NCBI GenBank assembly: GCA_041946735.1
Contig: JBHGAY010000003.1
Location: forward strand, 128,001-192,000
Length of the DNA: 64,000 nt
Reading direction: 5' to 3'
Source: Candidatus Eiseniibacteriota bacterium
GTDB taxonomy: Bacteria; Eisenbacteria; RBG-16-71-46; CAIMUX01; VGJL01
Shown: piece by piece, positions 19,873 to 30,718 of the stretch
How the letters are laid out: every line of letters begins with the position of its first letter
Position numbering within the stretch: position 1 is the first letter of the stretch
The notes under the pieces: model-generated
Database searches by the model: none
Told to the model about the DNA's origin: nothing
The model's input: only the letters and a program-made list of their open reading frames with translations
Position numbers and translations under genes: made by a program

Positions 19873-21858
19873 TCATCCCGTGCGAACCGTCACGAGCGCG
19901 TACGCGCCCAATTGCGGAAGGGCGACCGTCCAACCAGTGGGGCCCTTGGCCGCGTCGAGGCGGCGCGATTCCCCCTCCGGCGTCTCCCATTGCACGGACT
20001 GGACGGCCACGCTTTCCGGCAAGTCGAGGCGCAATCCGGCCACGCTCTTCGATCGCGGGGGTTTCGACTCTCCCTCTCCCCCGGCGAGTGGGGCCTCGAG
20101 CGAGTAGTTGACCAGGTGCAGGATCCAGAGGCTGCCCGCGCCATCGCCCTCCCTGCCTGCCCCGCCGTCCTTCAGCCATGCGTGAAGCTGGACGTCCGCG
20201 CCCGGCGGAGTGAGCAGGCGCGGCGCTTTCCGCTCCATGTCACCCAGAAGCGACAGAAGCTGGGTCTGGGACGGCTCCGCCTCGAACGTAGGAGCCAACG
20301 GAGTCTCTCGTGGTCTCCAGCGTTCGTCGATCGTTCCGCAGGGTCCGCATCGGATCAACAGCCCGCCTCGGCCTGCGTACTCCAGGAGGGACGCGACCTC
20401 CGCATCGGAGAGAACCGAAGCGAAGCCGACCAGAACAGCATCGAAACGCTCCAACTGGCCGGACGAACATTCAACGTTCAGGACCGTGAAGGGAATGCCG
20501 GAGTCGATCAGCAGCTTGGCCAGCTTCTCCAGTCGAGGCTGGTAGGTCCTGTCATAGAGATAAGACTTGTTGCTGTCGAGGATCGCGATGCGCGCGGCCG
20601 GCCGAAGGCCGGCGAGAAGACCCTGACGCTCGTCGAAAAAGGAGCGAATGCGAGCGATCACCGCGCCGGTCTCCGGATCGATGCGCCACGCTTCGTCTTC
20701 CTTGCCGGGGCTCCCGAAGTGAATGACCATCTCGCCCCCGCAAGCGACCGCTTCGTCGAGGCTCGCCGCGTACTGCTCCGGAGTCGCGCCCTCCTGGCCC
20801 CAGCCTTCTCCGCCAGGAATCATCTCGACCGGTTTGCGCATCGCGCGCGCGAAACCCTGCAGGTATCGAAGCGAGTTGTTGGCCTGCGGCGCGAGGGAAT
20901 GCGGTCCCTCCTCGAAGATCCACAGGTCCATCACCGCCTGGCTGAGCACGACGAGTGCCGGCATGTCCGGCTGCCCGCAGTTCGCGCTGAACACGAAGCC
21001 GGGGTCGACGGCGAGGGCCGCGCCCTTCATTTCCTTCAGGAAGTCCTCGAGGCTCGCCTCGGCGAACAGGACCCATTCACGATCCACCTGGGTCTTGCAG
21101 TCCCTCATGTCCACGAGACGTGTCGCGGGCGGTGGCGGCAGCCCGGTCTCCGTGACTCTCATCGAATCGAGCTCGGCATCGGTGTACCGAGCGGCGAGCC
21201 AGGCACGGAACGCGTCCTGGCAGATCGGGCAGTCGCAGCCGAGAGGGATGGCGTCGTCCCAGAACACTCCAAGCGCGCCGATCCGGGCGAGATGGGACAC
21301 GGCCTCCCTGCTGTGCGCCCGCCAGCCCGGGTTGTTGACGCAGGCCGCATAGCGTTGCCGCTCCGTCCCCCAGGGACGCAACGGCTGACCGTCCCCGTCG
21401 AGCGCCAGCCAGGATCGCGAGCGTGGCACGGTCTCCATGGGATCCCGCTGGGAAAAGTATCCATCGCCAAAGATCGAATGCGGTGTCGAGTAGACGAGGA
21501 CGTTCAAGCCGAGCGCGCGATACGGATCGAGCGAGGCCGCCCTCGGGGTGCCCCAGCCGGCGACAGAGAACACGGCGCCGCCGAGAATCGTCTTGCAGCC
21601 GAGCTTGACGAACGCGTCGAGGCGCTCCGGGGTTGGGGCCGCGTAGCTCAAGCCGATGTTCCACGGCTTGCCGGTCGTCAGGAGATCCGGCCACCGATCC
21701 GCCGCCCGGGCGACGGGCAGCAAGCGCATGTCCGACGGCAGCACTGCGAGGACCATCGCGAACGCCGGGAGGAGGGCAAGGGCGAAGACCCGCGCGAAAG
21801 CCCGGGCGATGGCGAGGATGCGGAGCGTCTTTGTGGTAGCAGCGCGAGTGGTGATCAC
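19873..21858 (-). CDS. Secreted glycoside-hydrolase-like protein (GH42/GHL6-like TIM barrel + trimerisation domain)
   Basis: CVNNPGWR..GVFWDD..GCDCPIC..AFRAWL motif; GATase-like domain (YAGRGG.LI); start chosen at a GTG with GAGG upstream. Confidence 0.7.
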   Translation of the reverse strand: MITTRAATTKTLRILAIARAFARVFALALLPAFAMVLAVLPSDMRLLPVARAADRWPDLLTTGKPWNIGLSYAAPTPERLDAFVKLGCKTILGGAVFSVAGWGTPRAASLDPYRALGLNVLVYSTPHSIFGDGYFSQRDPMETVPRSRSWLALDGDGQPLRPWGTERQRYAACVNNPGWRAHSREAVSHLARIGALGVFWDDAIPLGCDCPICQDAFRAWLAARYTDAELDSMRVTETGLPPPPATRLVDMRDCKTQVDREWVLFAEASLEDFLKEMKGAALAVDPGFVFSANCGQPDMPALVVLSQAVMDLWIFEEGPHSLAPQANNSLRYLQGFARAMRKPVEMIPGGEGWGQEGATPEQYAASLDEAVACGGEMVIHFGSPGKEDEAWRIDPETGAVIARIRSFFDERQGLLAGLRPAARIAILDSNKSYLYDRTYQPRLEKLAKLLIDSGIPFTVLNVECSSGQLERFDAVLVGFASVLSDAEVASLLEYAGRGGLLIRCGPCGTIDERWRPRETPLAPTFEAEPSQTQLLSLLGDMERKAPRLLTPPGADVQLHAWLKDGGAGREGDGAGSLWILHLVNYSLEAPLAGGEGESKPPRSKSVAGLRLDLPESVAVQSVQWETPEGESRRLDAAKGPTGWTVALPQLGAYALVTVRTG

Positions 21859-21952
21859 GCCTCGAGGATACGCTCGGCGGCGCGGGAGCGAAGCCACCCG
21901 CCCCGGCGGGCCGGACCGAGTTGGGGGTGAGCCCGGCACCAGGTTCCTGATC

Positions 21953-21982
21953 CCCCCCGTCCAACGCCGGTCGGACGGGGGG
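21953..21982. terminator. GC-rich hairpin downstream of the FG-GAP gene
   Basis: CCCCCCGTCC...GGACGGGGGG inverted repeat 12 bp after the stop at 21995; no U-tract. Confidence 0.45.
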
Positions 21983-21994
21983 CCGCTGCCTGCG

Positions 21995-24900
21995 CTAACG
22001 GGCGAGGATCAGACGAGCATGCACGACGCGATCGCCCGCCTGCAACCGCGCGAAGTACACCCCCGGACTGAGGCGCCGCCCGCCCCCGCTCCCGCTCAAT
22101 CCGGCCGTTCCGGCTCCGCCTGCCCACGCGATCTCGTGCGTTCCAGCTTCCACGTGACCGTCGAGGAGTGTGGCGACCCGCCGTCCGGAAACGTCGTGAA
22201 CGGTCAATCGGACGGCGCCGGGGGAGGGAATGTAAAAGCGCAGGCGCGTGTCGTCCCGTAGCGGATTCGGGAAGACGCGCTCGAAGCGAAGATCGAGCGC
22301 GCCGGCGCCTGCCGTCACGTCCGTCGCCTCCACTCCCGTCGGCGCTCCCGCGGTGCGGAAGTCCGCGTCGACCGGTCCGTTCCCGGCGAGAGAGAGCCAG
22401 GGAGTCGGCGAAAAGTATGGCGATTCCGACTCGAACCGCACACGCCAGTGGTAGGGCGTGTCGCCGGCGAGGCCGGAGACGATCTCGTTGATACCGACCC
22501 GGCTTCCTTGGCCCGGGATCGGCTCGCCGCTGTCGACCCAGTTCGTCGTGAGAGTCGGACCGCTCCACGTTTCGCCGAGCGGGGAGAACTGGTAGCTGGC
22601 GCGCACCCGCCCCCGGCCGAAGGCGCTGCGCCCCAGCATCCGGATCCGCATCTCGCCCGCCTCCTCGGAGCGTCCGAGGAGCGCGAGTCGCGAGCCATCG
22701 TCGGGCTGGCGCATGTGCAGCCGGCGGGCGGCGCCCGGCCCGAAGTCCGAAGCGCCGGTGCGATTGCCGTAGAGGAGGGCGAGTAGTCCCTCGCCTTCCG
22801 ATCCGTTCGTCGCGTCCGGCGCGCCGGCGACGAGATCCGGGAAGCCGTCGCTGTCGATGTCGCCGTATCCGGCGATCGCCGCTCCGAAGCGGCCGTCGCC
22901 TCCGTTCAGGATCGCAAACGGGGTGCTCACGATCCCGCTGGGCGAGCCGGCGAAGACATAGATCCGTCCTTCGAAGTTCGGCCCGTAGTGAGGCGCGGCT
23001 GCGGCAATATCGGAATAGCCGTCGGCGTTGATGTCGCCGATTCCTGCGACCTTCTCGCCGAGGTAGGCGCCGGCAATGTTCGGCTCGAAGGCGAAGTCGT
23101 GGAGTCCATCTACCCCTGCGGGGCCGCCGTGATAGACATAGACGGCCCCTTCCTGGTCCTGCCCGTTCGTGTATCCCGAGGCGCCGACGACGATGTCGCT
23201 GTACCCGTCGCCGTTGACGTCGCTGGCGGAGTCGATCGAGATGCCGAACTTCATCCCGGGAAAGCCGCGCCGGATCGTCTGGGAAGGACTGGGGTCGAGA
23301 TCTCCAGGCGACCCGAAGAAGACGAAGACGACCCCTTCGTTCCCCTGCGCGGTGTCATAGAGCGGAGCGCCTGAGATCACATCCGAGTAGCCGTCGCCGT
23401 TGACGTCGCCGGCGCAGGCGACCGAGAAGCCGGCGTTCGCCCCGTCCTGGTTCCCTTCCCAGCCGATGACCGGCGCCGACTGCAAGCCGCCCGCGGAGCC
23501 GAGGTACAAGAGCGCGGCCCCTTCATCCGTCTGAGGATTGTCATGGTCCGGCTTGCCAATGATCAAGTCGCCGTAGCCGTCGCCGTTCACGTCCCCGGCC
23601 GATGCTGCCGACCAGCCGAAGTCCGAGTCCGCCTGCTGGCCGCGCGCAGACCAGGAAGGATCGGCGGACAGTCCCGTCGCCGAGCCGTGATGAACCCAGA
23701 CCTTCCCCTCGTTCGCGAGTACGTCGTCATAGCCGGGAGCGGTGACCGCCACATCGTCGTACCCGTCGCCGTTGACGTCGCCGGCCGAGGCAATGACGTG
23801 GCCGTAGAAGGCGTTCGTCTGATTCCCGTCGCGGTACCAGTCCGCGGGGTTCGAGATCCCCTCGTATCCGCCGAGCCAGCAGTAGGCTCGCCCCTCGTTC
23901 GTCTCGCCGGCGTCGTAGAACCAGGCGGCCCCGAGAAGATCGGAGTAGCCGTCCCCGTTGACGTCGGCCATGCCGACCGCGTGCCCCATTCCCGCTCCGG
24001 CCTGGTTGTTCTCGGCGGTGAAGTCGGCGTTGCCGTAGTGGTCGGCGAAGGCAGCGAAGATCTGAACGCGCCCGCGATTGCTGCCGCCGGCATCGGCGAA
24101 GGGAGCGCCCACGAGGATGTCGGAGCGTCCGTCGCCGTCGACGTCGCCCGCCGTAGCGACCGCCCAGCCGAGCCCCGCAAACGCCTCGTCGGAATCGATC
24201 GCGAAGATGCTCGAGCCGGGACCGGTCGGAGAGCCGCAGTAGGCGAGCACCGAGCCCTCATCCTCCTGGCCGGCGTCCAGGTTCGGCTCGCCGAGGATCA
24301 CGTCCGCGAAGCCATCGGCGTTGACGTCGCCGGCGGTCGCGACCGCGTCGCCCAGGTAGGTGTCGCTCTGGTTGCTCTCCCATTCGCGGTGCGGAGTCCC
24401 GGCGAGTCCGGTCGCGGAGCCGAGGTAGAGGACCACGTGGCCTTCTCCCACCTGACCGTTGTCATAGGCGCCGGCGCCGATCAGGATATCGGAAAAGCCG
24501 TCGCCGTTCGTGTCGCCGGCGAATGCGAGTCCCGAGCCGAAGTACTCATCCGCTTGCACACCGGAACGGAGCCAGTCGGCAGTGTCGTCGACGCCCGCAG
24601 CGCTGCCGTGATAGCAGTAGACGGCCCCTTCGTTCGTCGGACCAAGAAGTCCCTCGTAATAGACCGCGCTGACGAGGACATCATCGTAGCCGTCGCCGTT
24701 GACGTCGCCGGCGGTCGCGACACGCCACCCGAACGCGTCCCCCGCACCGGATCCGTAGATCGTCCGATGCGGCGAGGATGCGAGACTGTCTGGCCCCCCG
24801 AGGAAGATCTGCACCCGTCCCTGCTCGGTCAGGTTGCTCGTGTAGAACGGGCTGGCGACGATCACGTCGTCGTAGCCGTCGCCGTTGACGTCGCCCGCCG

Positions 24901-25453
24901 TGGAGACGCAATGACCGAGTCGTGCGCCGTCCTGCCCCCCTTCCCGGGACCAGGCGATGCCACCGTTGACTCCCCCGGAGGAGCCGAGGTAGAGCCACGC
25001 CGCGCCCTCGCTGTCGTTGCCGTTGGAGTAGTACGGCGCGCCGATGATTACGTCGTCGTAGCCGTCGCCGTTTACGTCACCCGCGGTGGAAACCGAGTAG
25101 CCGAACTGCGACAGCCCGGCTCCGAAGGCCGACCAATCGGCGGAGTCTCCGGGGCCGTTGGGGCCGCCTTGGTAGACGCGCGCCCGGCCGTTGTTGTTGC
25201 CGAACAGCGCGTCGGCGAGCGGCTCTCCGACGATGACGTCCGCATACCCATCGCCGTTCACGTCGCCTGCGGTCGAGACGGACCAGCCAAGGTTCGCGCC
25301 GTTCTGGGATCCGTCGAGCGTCCACAGAGGCGTGGCTGCGATCCCGGCGAGCGATGCGGACGGCGCCAGGATGGCGGCGGACAGAAGCGCCGCGAACGCG
25401 GCGATCCATGCGGCCCCGGAGCGCGTGTCAAAGGCGAACAGCTTGCGTTGCAT
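21995..25453 (-). CDS. Secreted FG-GAP (integrin-alpha beta-propeller) repeat protein with FlgD-Ig CTD
   Basis: About 14 repeats of G.SV.TAGDVNGDGY.D.IVGAP; C-terminal FPNP..HDVSGRRV..PGVYFARL. Confidence 0.92.
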   Translation of the reverse strand: MQRKLFAFDTRSGAAWIAAFAALLSAAILAPSASLAGIAATPLWTLDGSQNGANLGWSVSTAGDVNGDGYADVIVGEPLADALFGNNNGRARVYQGGPNGPGDSADWSAFGAGLSQFGYSVSTAGDVNGDGYDDVIIGAPYYSNGNDSEGAAWLYLGSSGGVNGGIAWSREGGQDGARLGHCVSTAGDVNGDGYDDVIVASPFYTSNLTEQGRVQIFLGGPDSLASSPHRTIYGSGAGDAFGWRVATAGDVNGDGYDDVLVSAVYYEGLLGPTNEGAVYCYHGSAAGVDDTADWLRSGVQADEYFGSGLAFAGDTNGDGFSDILIGAGAYDNGQVGEGHVVLYLGSATGLAGTPHREWESNQSDTYLGDAVATAGDVNADGFADVILGEPNLDAGQEDEGSVLAYCGSPTGPGSSIFAIDSDEAFAGLGWAVATAGDVDGDGRSDILVGAPFADAGGSNRGRVQIFAAFADHYGNADFTAENNQAGAGMGHAVGMADVNGDGYSDLLGAAWFYDAGETNEGRAYCWLGGYEGISNPADWYRDGNQTNAFYGHVIASAGDVNGDGYDDVAVTAPGYDDVLANEGKVWVHHGSATGLSADPSWSARGQQADSDFGWSAASAGDVNGDGYGDLIIGKPDHDNPQTDEGAALLYLGSAGGLQSAPVIGWEGNQDGANAGFSVACAGDVNGDGYSDVISGAPLYDTAQGNEGVVFVFFGSPGDLDPSPSQTIRRGFPGMKFGISIDSASDVNGDGYSDIVVGASGYTNGQDQEGAVYVYHGGPAGVDGLHDFAFEPNIAGAYLGEKVAGIGDINADGYSDIAAAAPHYGPNFEGRIYVFAGSPSGIVSTPFAILNGGDGRFGAAIAGYGDIDSDGFPDLVAGAPDATNGSEGEGLLALLYGNRTGASDFGPGAARRLHMRQPDDGSRLALLGRSEEAGEMRIRMLGRSAFGRGRVRASYQFSPLGETWSGPTLTTNWVDSGEPIPGQGSRVGINEIVSGLAGDTPYHWRVRFESESPYFSPTPWLSLAGNGPVDADFRTAGAPTGVEATDVTAGAGALDLRFERVFPNPLRDDTRLRFYIPSPGAVRLTVHDVSGRRVATLLDGHVEAGTHEIAWAGGAGTAGLSGSGGGRRLSPGVYFARLQAGDRVVHARLILAR

Positions 25454-25802
25454 AGGGTTCCTCTCTCGCCGCGGCCGTACGACGGGGTGTCGACCGTAAC
25501 AAAGAGAGAATGCCGGTTGCGGAAAAAGCGCACGGACGACGCGGCGCGAGGTTGAATCAGCGGCAGCCAGCCGGATCCGACCGACCCCTATCGGCGGTGG
25601 TCGGAAAGGGGACAGCGGGAGGGGGCGCTCCGGGTGGAGATCGTCCAAGCGAGCGAGAGGCGGCAGTGCTACCATCATTCCGCCCCGAAGGAAGGGGCGG
25701 CCCCGCGGGCCTCCCGAGCCGTGGGTTTCTGGGCATCGTGCGCGAGTGATCGAAAGACTGTTCTGTCGCAACGGCCGGCAGAAACAGAAAGGAGGGCCGA
25801 CG

Positions 25803-26510
25803 ATGAGGGCGATCTTTCTTCTCGCTCTCGGGATCCTTGCTCTTCCCGCCACGGCGTTCGCCTTCCCCGAATCGGCAGGATTCCTGTCCGACGTTCCCGT
25901 GAGCTTCCCGGACCCGCGCGAGGACATCTACTGCCAATTGCCGTCGGGCGGTTGGGGCGTGTACAACGCGTCGACCGCTTTCTCATCGGAGATGGCGGAC
26001 GACATGCCCGCGAACCTGAGCGGCATCTACGTCGGGGGAGTTGCGGTGTGGGTGGGGGAATGGGGGGGCGTAGATTGGATGCCGTTTACCAGCTTGATCG
26101 TCAACATCTACGACGACACCTGTCCTCCACCCCAGGATCCCGTCTTCAGTGTCGCCGTCCCGTATGACGAGCTGAACGCCATCCAAGTCTATGCGGGAAA
26201 CTGGTACGTGTACCAGTGCCAGGCCGATGTCTTGGCGCCGATTACGATCGATGACGCGACGTCGATCGGCTTCGTCGTTGATCAGGACTGGGGACAGAAC
26301 CCACCCTATTGCGGCATGGTCATTACCGATGGGGTCCTCTACGGATGCGAGCTGTACTGGGACGCCGAGTTCTGGGGTTATTCCCGTTGGATTCCGGGCT
26401 CGCAATACTTCGGCATTGCCGTAGATCTCGCCTGGTGCCTGGTCCATGGGATAGGACCGACCTCGACCGTGGAGACGCACTGGGGCTCGATCCGAGGACT
26501 CTTCCGATAG
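25803..26510 (+). CDS. Secreted protein with C-terminal WG..R motif (paralog of 17435-18157)
   Basis: AAGGAGG RBS; signal peptide; YCQLP..YNAST..SEMADDMP; ends PTSTVETHWGSIRGLFR. Confidence 0.83.
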   Translation: MRAIFLLALGILALPATAFAFPESAGFLSDVPVSFPDPREDIYCQLPSGGWGVYNASTAFSSEMADDMPANLSGIYVGGVAVWVGEWGGVDWMPFTSLIVNIYDDTCPPPQDPVFSVAVPYDELNAIQVYAGNWYVYQCQADVLAPITIDDATSIGFVVDQDWGQNPPYCGMVITDGVLYGCELYWDAEFWGYSRWIPGSQYFGIAVDLAWCLVHGIGPTSTVETHWGSIRGLFR

Positions 26511-26544
26511 CAGTGCTCCCCGCTGTCGGTCGCGCTTCCGATTT

Positions 26545-26584
26545 CGAGAACTCCGCCGGATGCTTCCCGCCGGCGGAGTTCTCG
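26545..26584. terminator. Perfect 15-bp stem-loop between convergent genes (bidirectional terminator candidate)
   Basis: CGAGAACTCCGCCGG / CCGGCGGAGTTCTCG with a 10-nt loop. Confidence 0.65.
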
Positions 26585-26627
26585 TTCCGGATCGCCCGGC
26601 CCATTGCCTGACCGAGATCGGCCCTGC

Positions 26628-28109
26628 CTACCGAATGCGGATCAGCCGGCCGGTGCCGGTTGCACCGTCGAGACGATAGAAGTAGAAGCCGGTGCCCAGG
26701 GCATCGCCTGCGTCGGTCTTCCCGTCCCAGCGGATCTCGCCGGCCCCGCCGCCGATCGGCAGCGATCGCACGATCCGCCCGGCCACGTCGAAGATCCGCA
26801 GGCTTCCGCTAGCGCCACGCGGGATCTGGAACGCCACTTGATTCGTGAACGGATTCGGCGCGCAGAGAATGCTCGTCGCGGCGCCGGGTCCCAAGTCCTC
26901 GACCCCGGCCGCCGACGCGATCCCTTGCGCGGAATAGACGCCCTGCATGAACGCACTCTCGCGGTTATCGAGCCAGGCCACGTCGAGGTTGCAGATCGCG
27001 TCGACGGTGATCACCGGTTGAAGGGCGTCCGACTGGCCGCTCGTGATCGACTCGGCCTGACCGAAGTAGATCCCATGAATGTTCATGTATCGGATGACGT
27101 TTCCTTCCGGCATGTACTCCCGCCACACGACGTGGACGTCGGCAGGGCCTTCGCCACAACGGCTGGTGGCCAGATGCGCGCCGTCCGATCCGTCGAAGGC
27201 GAGTTGGGTGAGTCCCTGCCATCCGGTGGCGCCGAGCTTGGAGTAGCAGACTCGATCCTGATTGCCGAATTCACGGACCATTACGGCGTGCACGCCACCC
27301 GTAAGGCTCACGGCGATGTCCGGATGTCGGACCGGCTCGGCTTCGTCTCCGATCACAACGGCGGTCGACCAGACACCTGCGACGCGCTGGCGATGATACA
27401 CCTGATCGGCGCCGCTCTCGTTGTCCTGCCAGAGGACGTGAACGTCACCGTTGGGGGCGACGGCGATGGCCGGCTCCTGGGCGGAATCAATGCCTTCGGT
27501 CAGCGGCTCCTGAGGCGACCAGACGGCGCCGTCCCAGTGCGAGTAGTAGATGTTGGAGAAGGTAGGCGGGGGATAGAAGTCGCCTTGCTGCCATACGAGG
27601 TGCACGGTCCCATCCGGGTCAGCGGCCAGGCGCGGATGGTCGGCCGTGCGGCCATTGTAGTCGTTGATCCGCTCGATGGGCGTCCACTCGCCGGACTCGA
27701 ATCGTCGGTAGAAGATTCCGTCCATGCCGCTGGCCCAATCCGACCAGACGACATGGACCCGTCCTTCCCGATCGACGGCGACCGCTGGATACGAGGTTCC
27801 GTCGGAGTCGGAGAGCTGCACGACCGGGTCCCAGTCGTCTCCGTGCCCCGAGCGGTAGAAGACCTGATCCCCCAGGTCCTCGCCGATCTGCTCGGACCAC
27901 ACGATGTGCACCTTCGAATCGGGTCCCGTCGCAATGGCGGGACCGGTGAGGGACCACATGGGGAAGGAGCTGATCTTGACGTCCTCCTGCCACTCGACCG
28001 CGACGGCGGAACCGGGGTGAGTGGCGGGAAGGACGCAGAGGAAGCCAAGAGCGATTGCGACCGTCGAGCAACCGGTCCGATGGCGAAACGAGGAACGTCG
28101 CGGTCTCAT
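26628..28109 (-). CDS. Secreted beta-propeller repeat protein with FlgD-Ig CTD
   Basis: Repeats PAIA..DG.VHVVW.D..IYY; C-terminal APNPF..FDVAGRIVR..WDG..GFYFYRL. Confidence 0.85.
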   Translation of the reverse strand: MRPRRSSFRHRTGCSTVAIALGFLCVLPATHPGSAVAVEWQEDVKISSFPMWSLTGPAIATGPDSKVHIVWSEQIGEDLGDQVFYRSGHGDDWDPVVQLSDSDGTSYPAVAVDREGRVHVVWSDWASGMDGIFYRRFESGEWTPIERINDYNGRTADHPRLAADPDGTVHLVWQQGDFYPPPTFSNIYYSHWDGAVWSPQEPLTEGIDSAQEPAIAVAPNGDVHVLWQDNESGADQVYHRQRVAGVWSTAVVIGDEAEPVRHPDIAVSLTGGVHAVMVREFGNQDRVCYSKLGATGWQGLTQLAFDGSDGAHLATSRCGEGPADVHVVWREYMPEGNVIRYMNIHGIYFGQAESITSGQSDALQPVITVDAICNLDVAWLDNRESAFMQGVYSAQGIASAAGVEDLGPGAATSILCAPNPFTNQVAFQIPRGASGSLRIFDVAGRIVRSLPIGGGAGEIRWDGKTDAGDALGTGFYFYRLDGATGTGRLIRIR

Positions 28110-28313
28110 CGGGAACCTCCGTGTCTCTCGCTGGGAAACAGAACCGCTGAACTCGACCGCCTAATAGGATACGCCGGTCGGGGAAAGTCGGCTAGGGGAG
28201 TGGACCGATGCGGTGGGCGCGGCGCTCGACCGGGGCCGTGCCCACCGAAGCAACGCTCTCCGCCTGAAGCACGAGAGCCTACCTCAGACACACACCGGAG
28301 GACGGCCGCGACG

Positions 28314-28940
28314 CTACTTCTTCCAGAAGACTCCGCTATCCTCCATCCCCCGGACGAAGCCGACAGCGAAGTCGTCGATCGCGTCCAGCACGGAGTTGGG
28401 ATCCACGGTCCGCGATTGACCGCTCCAGATCAGCCGCTCGTCTTTCATGGAGTAGACGTTCGTCTCCACCGTCGCGACCGGATACTGGCGCAGGTAGCCA
28501 GGCGTCGTGACCAAGGTGTAGGAGGTGTAGTAGTAGGGGAAGAAGCCGAAGTAGCTCGGCCCTGGCTTGTAGTAACTCGTTCCAGGGACGTATTCGACTT
28601 CTTCAGAGAGCCCCAGCACGCGGGTGACCGCGACGAGGTCGATGCCGTTCTCTTCGCAGTACTTCCGGCCGCCCGTCGTGTCGAGAGGGGCGCCCGCCGG
28701 AATGAACGTGGACCCCATGATCGCCACGATGTTGCGCCTCTTCAGTTCGTTGGCCATCGCGCTCTCGAATACCCGGACATTGCTCTCGTTCTCACCCAAT
28801 CCAATGACAAGCATCTTCTGCTCGGGTGCGGCTCGGTATTCGGGATCACTCCACACACCGATCATCTGTGTCGAGCTGACGCAGGATAGTTGGAGTGCCA
28901 CGAACAGCAGGGCAGCGCCCGCGATCCCCGTACGTTTCAT
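28314..28940 (-). CDS. Lipoprotein (DUF4136-like)
   Basis: Lipobox LSC; Tyr-rich loop; VETNVY..ERLIWSGQS. Confidence 0.75.
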   Translation of the reverse strand: MKRTGIAGAALLFVALQLSCVSSTQMIGVWSDPEYRAAPEQKMLVIGLGENESNVRVFESAMANELKRRNIVAIMGSTFIPAGAPLDTTGGRKYCEENGIDLVAVTRVLGLSEEVEYVPGTSYYKPGPSYFGFFPYYYTSYTLVTTPGYLRQYPVATVETNVYSMKDERLIWSGQSRTVDPNSVLDAIDDFAVGFVRGMEDSGVFWKK

Positions 28941-29437
28941 GTCTCTTCTCCAATCGATCGGCTCCCCGTTTCCGACGGAGGGGCCTTGGTTCGGGAACAT
29001 CGGATGCGCGCCCTGGCGACCGATCCACATCCCGGTGTGCCTGTCTCCCCCGCGTTGCCCGGTAGTACGAGCCGGACGGATGCTGTCACCTGGCATCAGG
29101 ACTGTCAAGCGGATGGGCATCCTCGACGATGGGCTGCGACCGGCGGATCGAAGCAGCAACCGCGTCCCGGCCTGGTCGTTCGTCGGGAAAGACATGGGCC
29201 GAGAAATCATGGAAAGCGTAGCGATGGCGGAGGCTGTTGCAGGCGCGGGCAGGCGTCTCGCTCACGTTTGGTGTCGACAACCGGCAGGTCCCAAACTAAG
29301 ATGCTTTACGTTTGGAACGACCGGGGCCCCCGCGAGCTTCGGCTCCGAGAGCGCTTCCCGCCGACTGCGATTCGTTCGCGTCCCGGTGTAGTCCTGTCGG
29401 ATGGGCGAGGAGCGAGCTTATTGGAGGGGGGTTCGCA

Positions 29438-30112
29438 ATGATCAGGCCTCTGCTGCTTTTCGTTGCTTGCATCTTCGTCGGGATCCTCGCCGGGGATGCC
29501 GTGGCTCAATCGGACTTGCTTGGACCGAGCAGACGGAGCGGATACTGGGACTTCGGTGTGCAGACGCGCTACGTCGGATCCCACGACTACGACTCGAAGG
29601 GCGGTTCCCATCTCTCTCTCGAGGACGATCTCGGCTGGGGCTTCAATGTCGGCTATAGCTTCAAGGAGTGGCTAAACGTCGGCGCCCTGTTCTCGTGGAG
29701 AACGGTTGACTACAGCGCGAAAGTCGTGAATTCGGAGAAACCGGACGACATCATCCGCTACAGCAGCTGGCTCGATACCGCGACGATCGCGGTCAACGCG
29801 ACGTGGAACGTGCTGCCGAATCGATTGACACCTTACGTCCAGGGAGCCGGAGGTGTCGCGATGGTCGATACCAACATTCCCGCGTCGATCGACATGGATT
29901 GCTGGTACGACCCCTGGTGGGGGTATACGTGTCTCGGCTACGCGTCCACCTATGGCGACGACGGATCGTCTTTCAGTGTGGGCGCGGGAATGAGTTGGCA
30001 GCTCACGAAGGCCTTTTTCGTTCGGGCAGGATACGAGAAGACTTGGATCGACGTGGGCCCGGCGGACGACTTCGACATCATTCGCCTGGACCTTGCGTTC
30101 CTCTATCGATAG
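29438..30112 (+). CDS. Outer-membrane beta-barrel protein (OmpA-like membrane domain)
   Basis: Signal peptide, amphipathic strands, LTPYVQGAGG, aromatic C-terminus; CWYDPWWGYTC loop. Confidence 0.8.
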   Translation: MIRPLLLFVACIFVGILAGDAVAQSDLLGPSRRSGYWDFGVQTRYVGSHDYDSKGGSHLSLEDDLGWGFNVGYSFKEWLNVGALFSWRTVDYSAKVVNSEKPDDIIRYSSWLDTATIAVNATWNVLPNRLTPYVQGAGGVAMVDTNIPASIDMDCWYDPWWGYTCLGYASTYGDDGSSFSVGAGMSWQLTKAFFVRAGYEKTWIDVGPADDFDIIRLDLAFLYR

Positions 30113-30718
30113 CTCGGAGCCGGTGGCGCGCGGCGGCCCGCGGCGCCGCCCCCGATCGATCAGGCGGGCACGGCCCGGTCGAAGGCACCAAGGCGGCGCC
30201 GGATGGCCTGGCGGGTACGGACGTGGCGCTCGACTATCTCCTGTGCCGTGGACATATCCCACCATCTAGGTCCCGCGTTCCTCGATAGGGGAATTTGTGC
30301 GCCAATGTTCTGCCTCGTATCCCGCGACCGACCAACCCATCAACCAGCATGTTCGGATAGCCCGCGGGGGTCGCGAAGGCGTACAATACGGCGGCACCGA
30401 TAGAGGCGACATCCTTTCCGTCTGCCAATAGGCGACTTACGAGGAGGGGCGTCATGGGCCTGATCGGAGGATGGGCTTCCTCTCGCAGTCGCGCTGGCGC
30501 ATCCTTTGGCCCCGTGCTTCTCCCCGGTCAAGGCCACGAGCCAGCGCGTTCCTCAGGCTGTTCGGCGTTCTTCCCGAGGCCCCTCGCGGTGGGGATCCCC
30601 CGGGTCGCTCCCCTCCCATCCCTGCACGGTGCTCGTCGAAAGGCCCGCGCGGTCGCCGCTGTCTTCCTTCGGAAGAAACCCCTCCGCCACGAATTTCGAG
30701 GACCTAGGAGGTGATTTC

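Noticed and set aside
30454..30714. 86-aa ORF with a strong SD upstream of the RND operon
   Set aside because: No recognisable protein features; cannot be supported as a gene or leader peptide from sequence alone.
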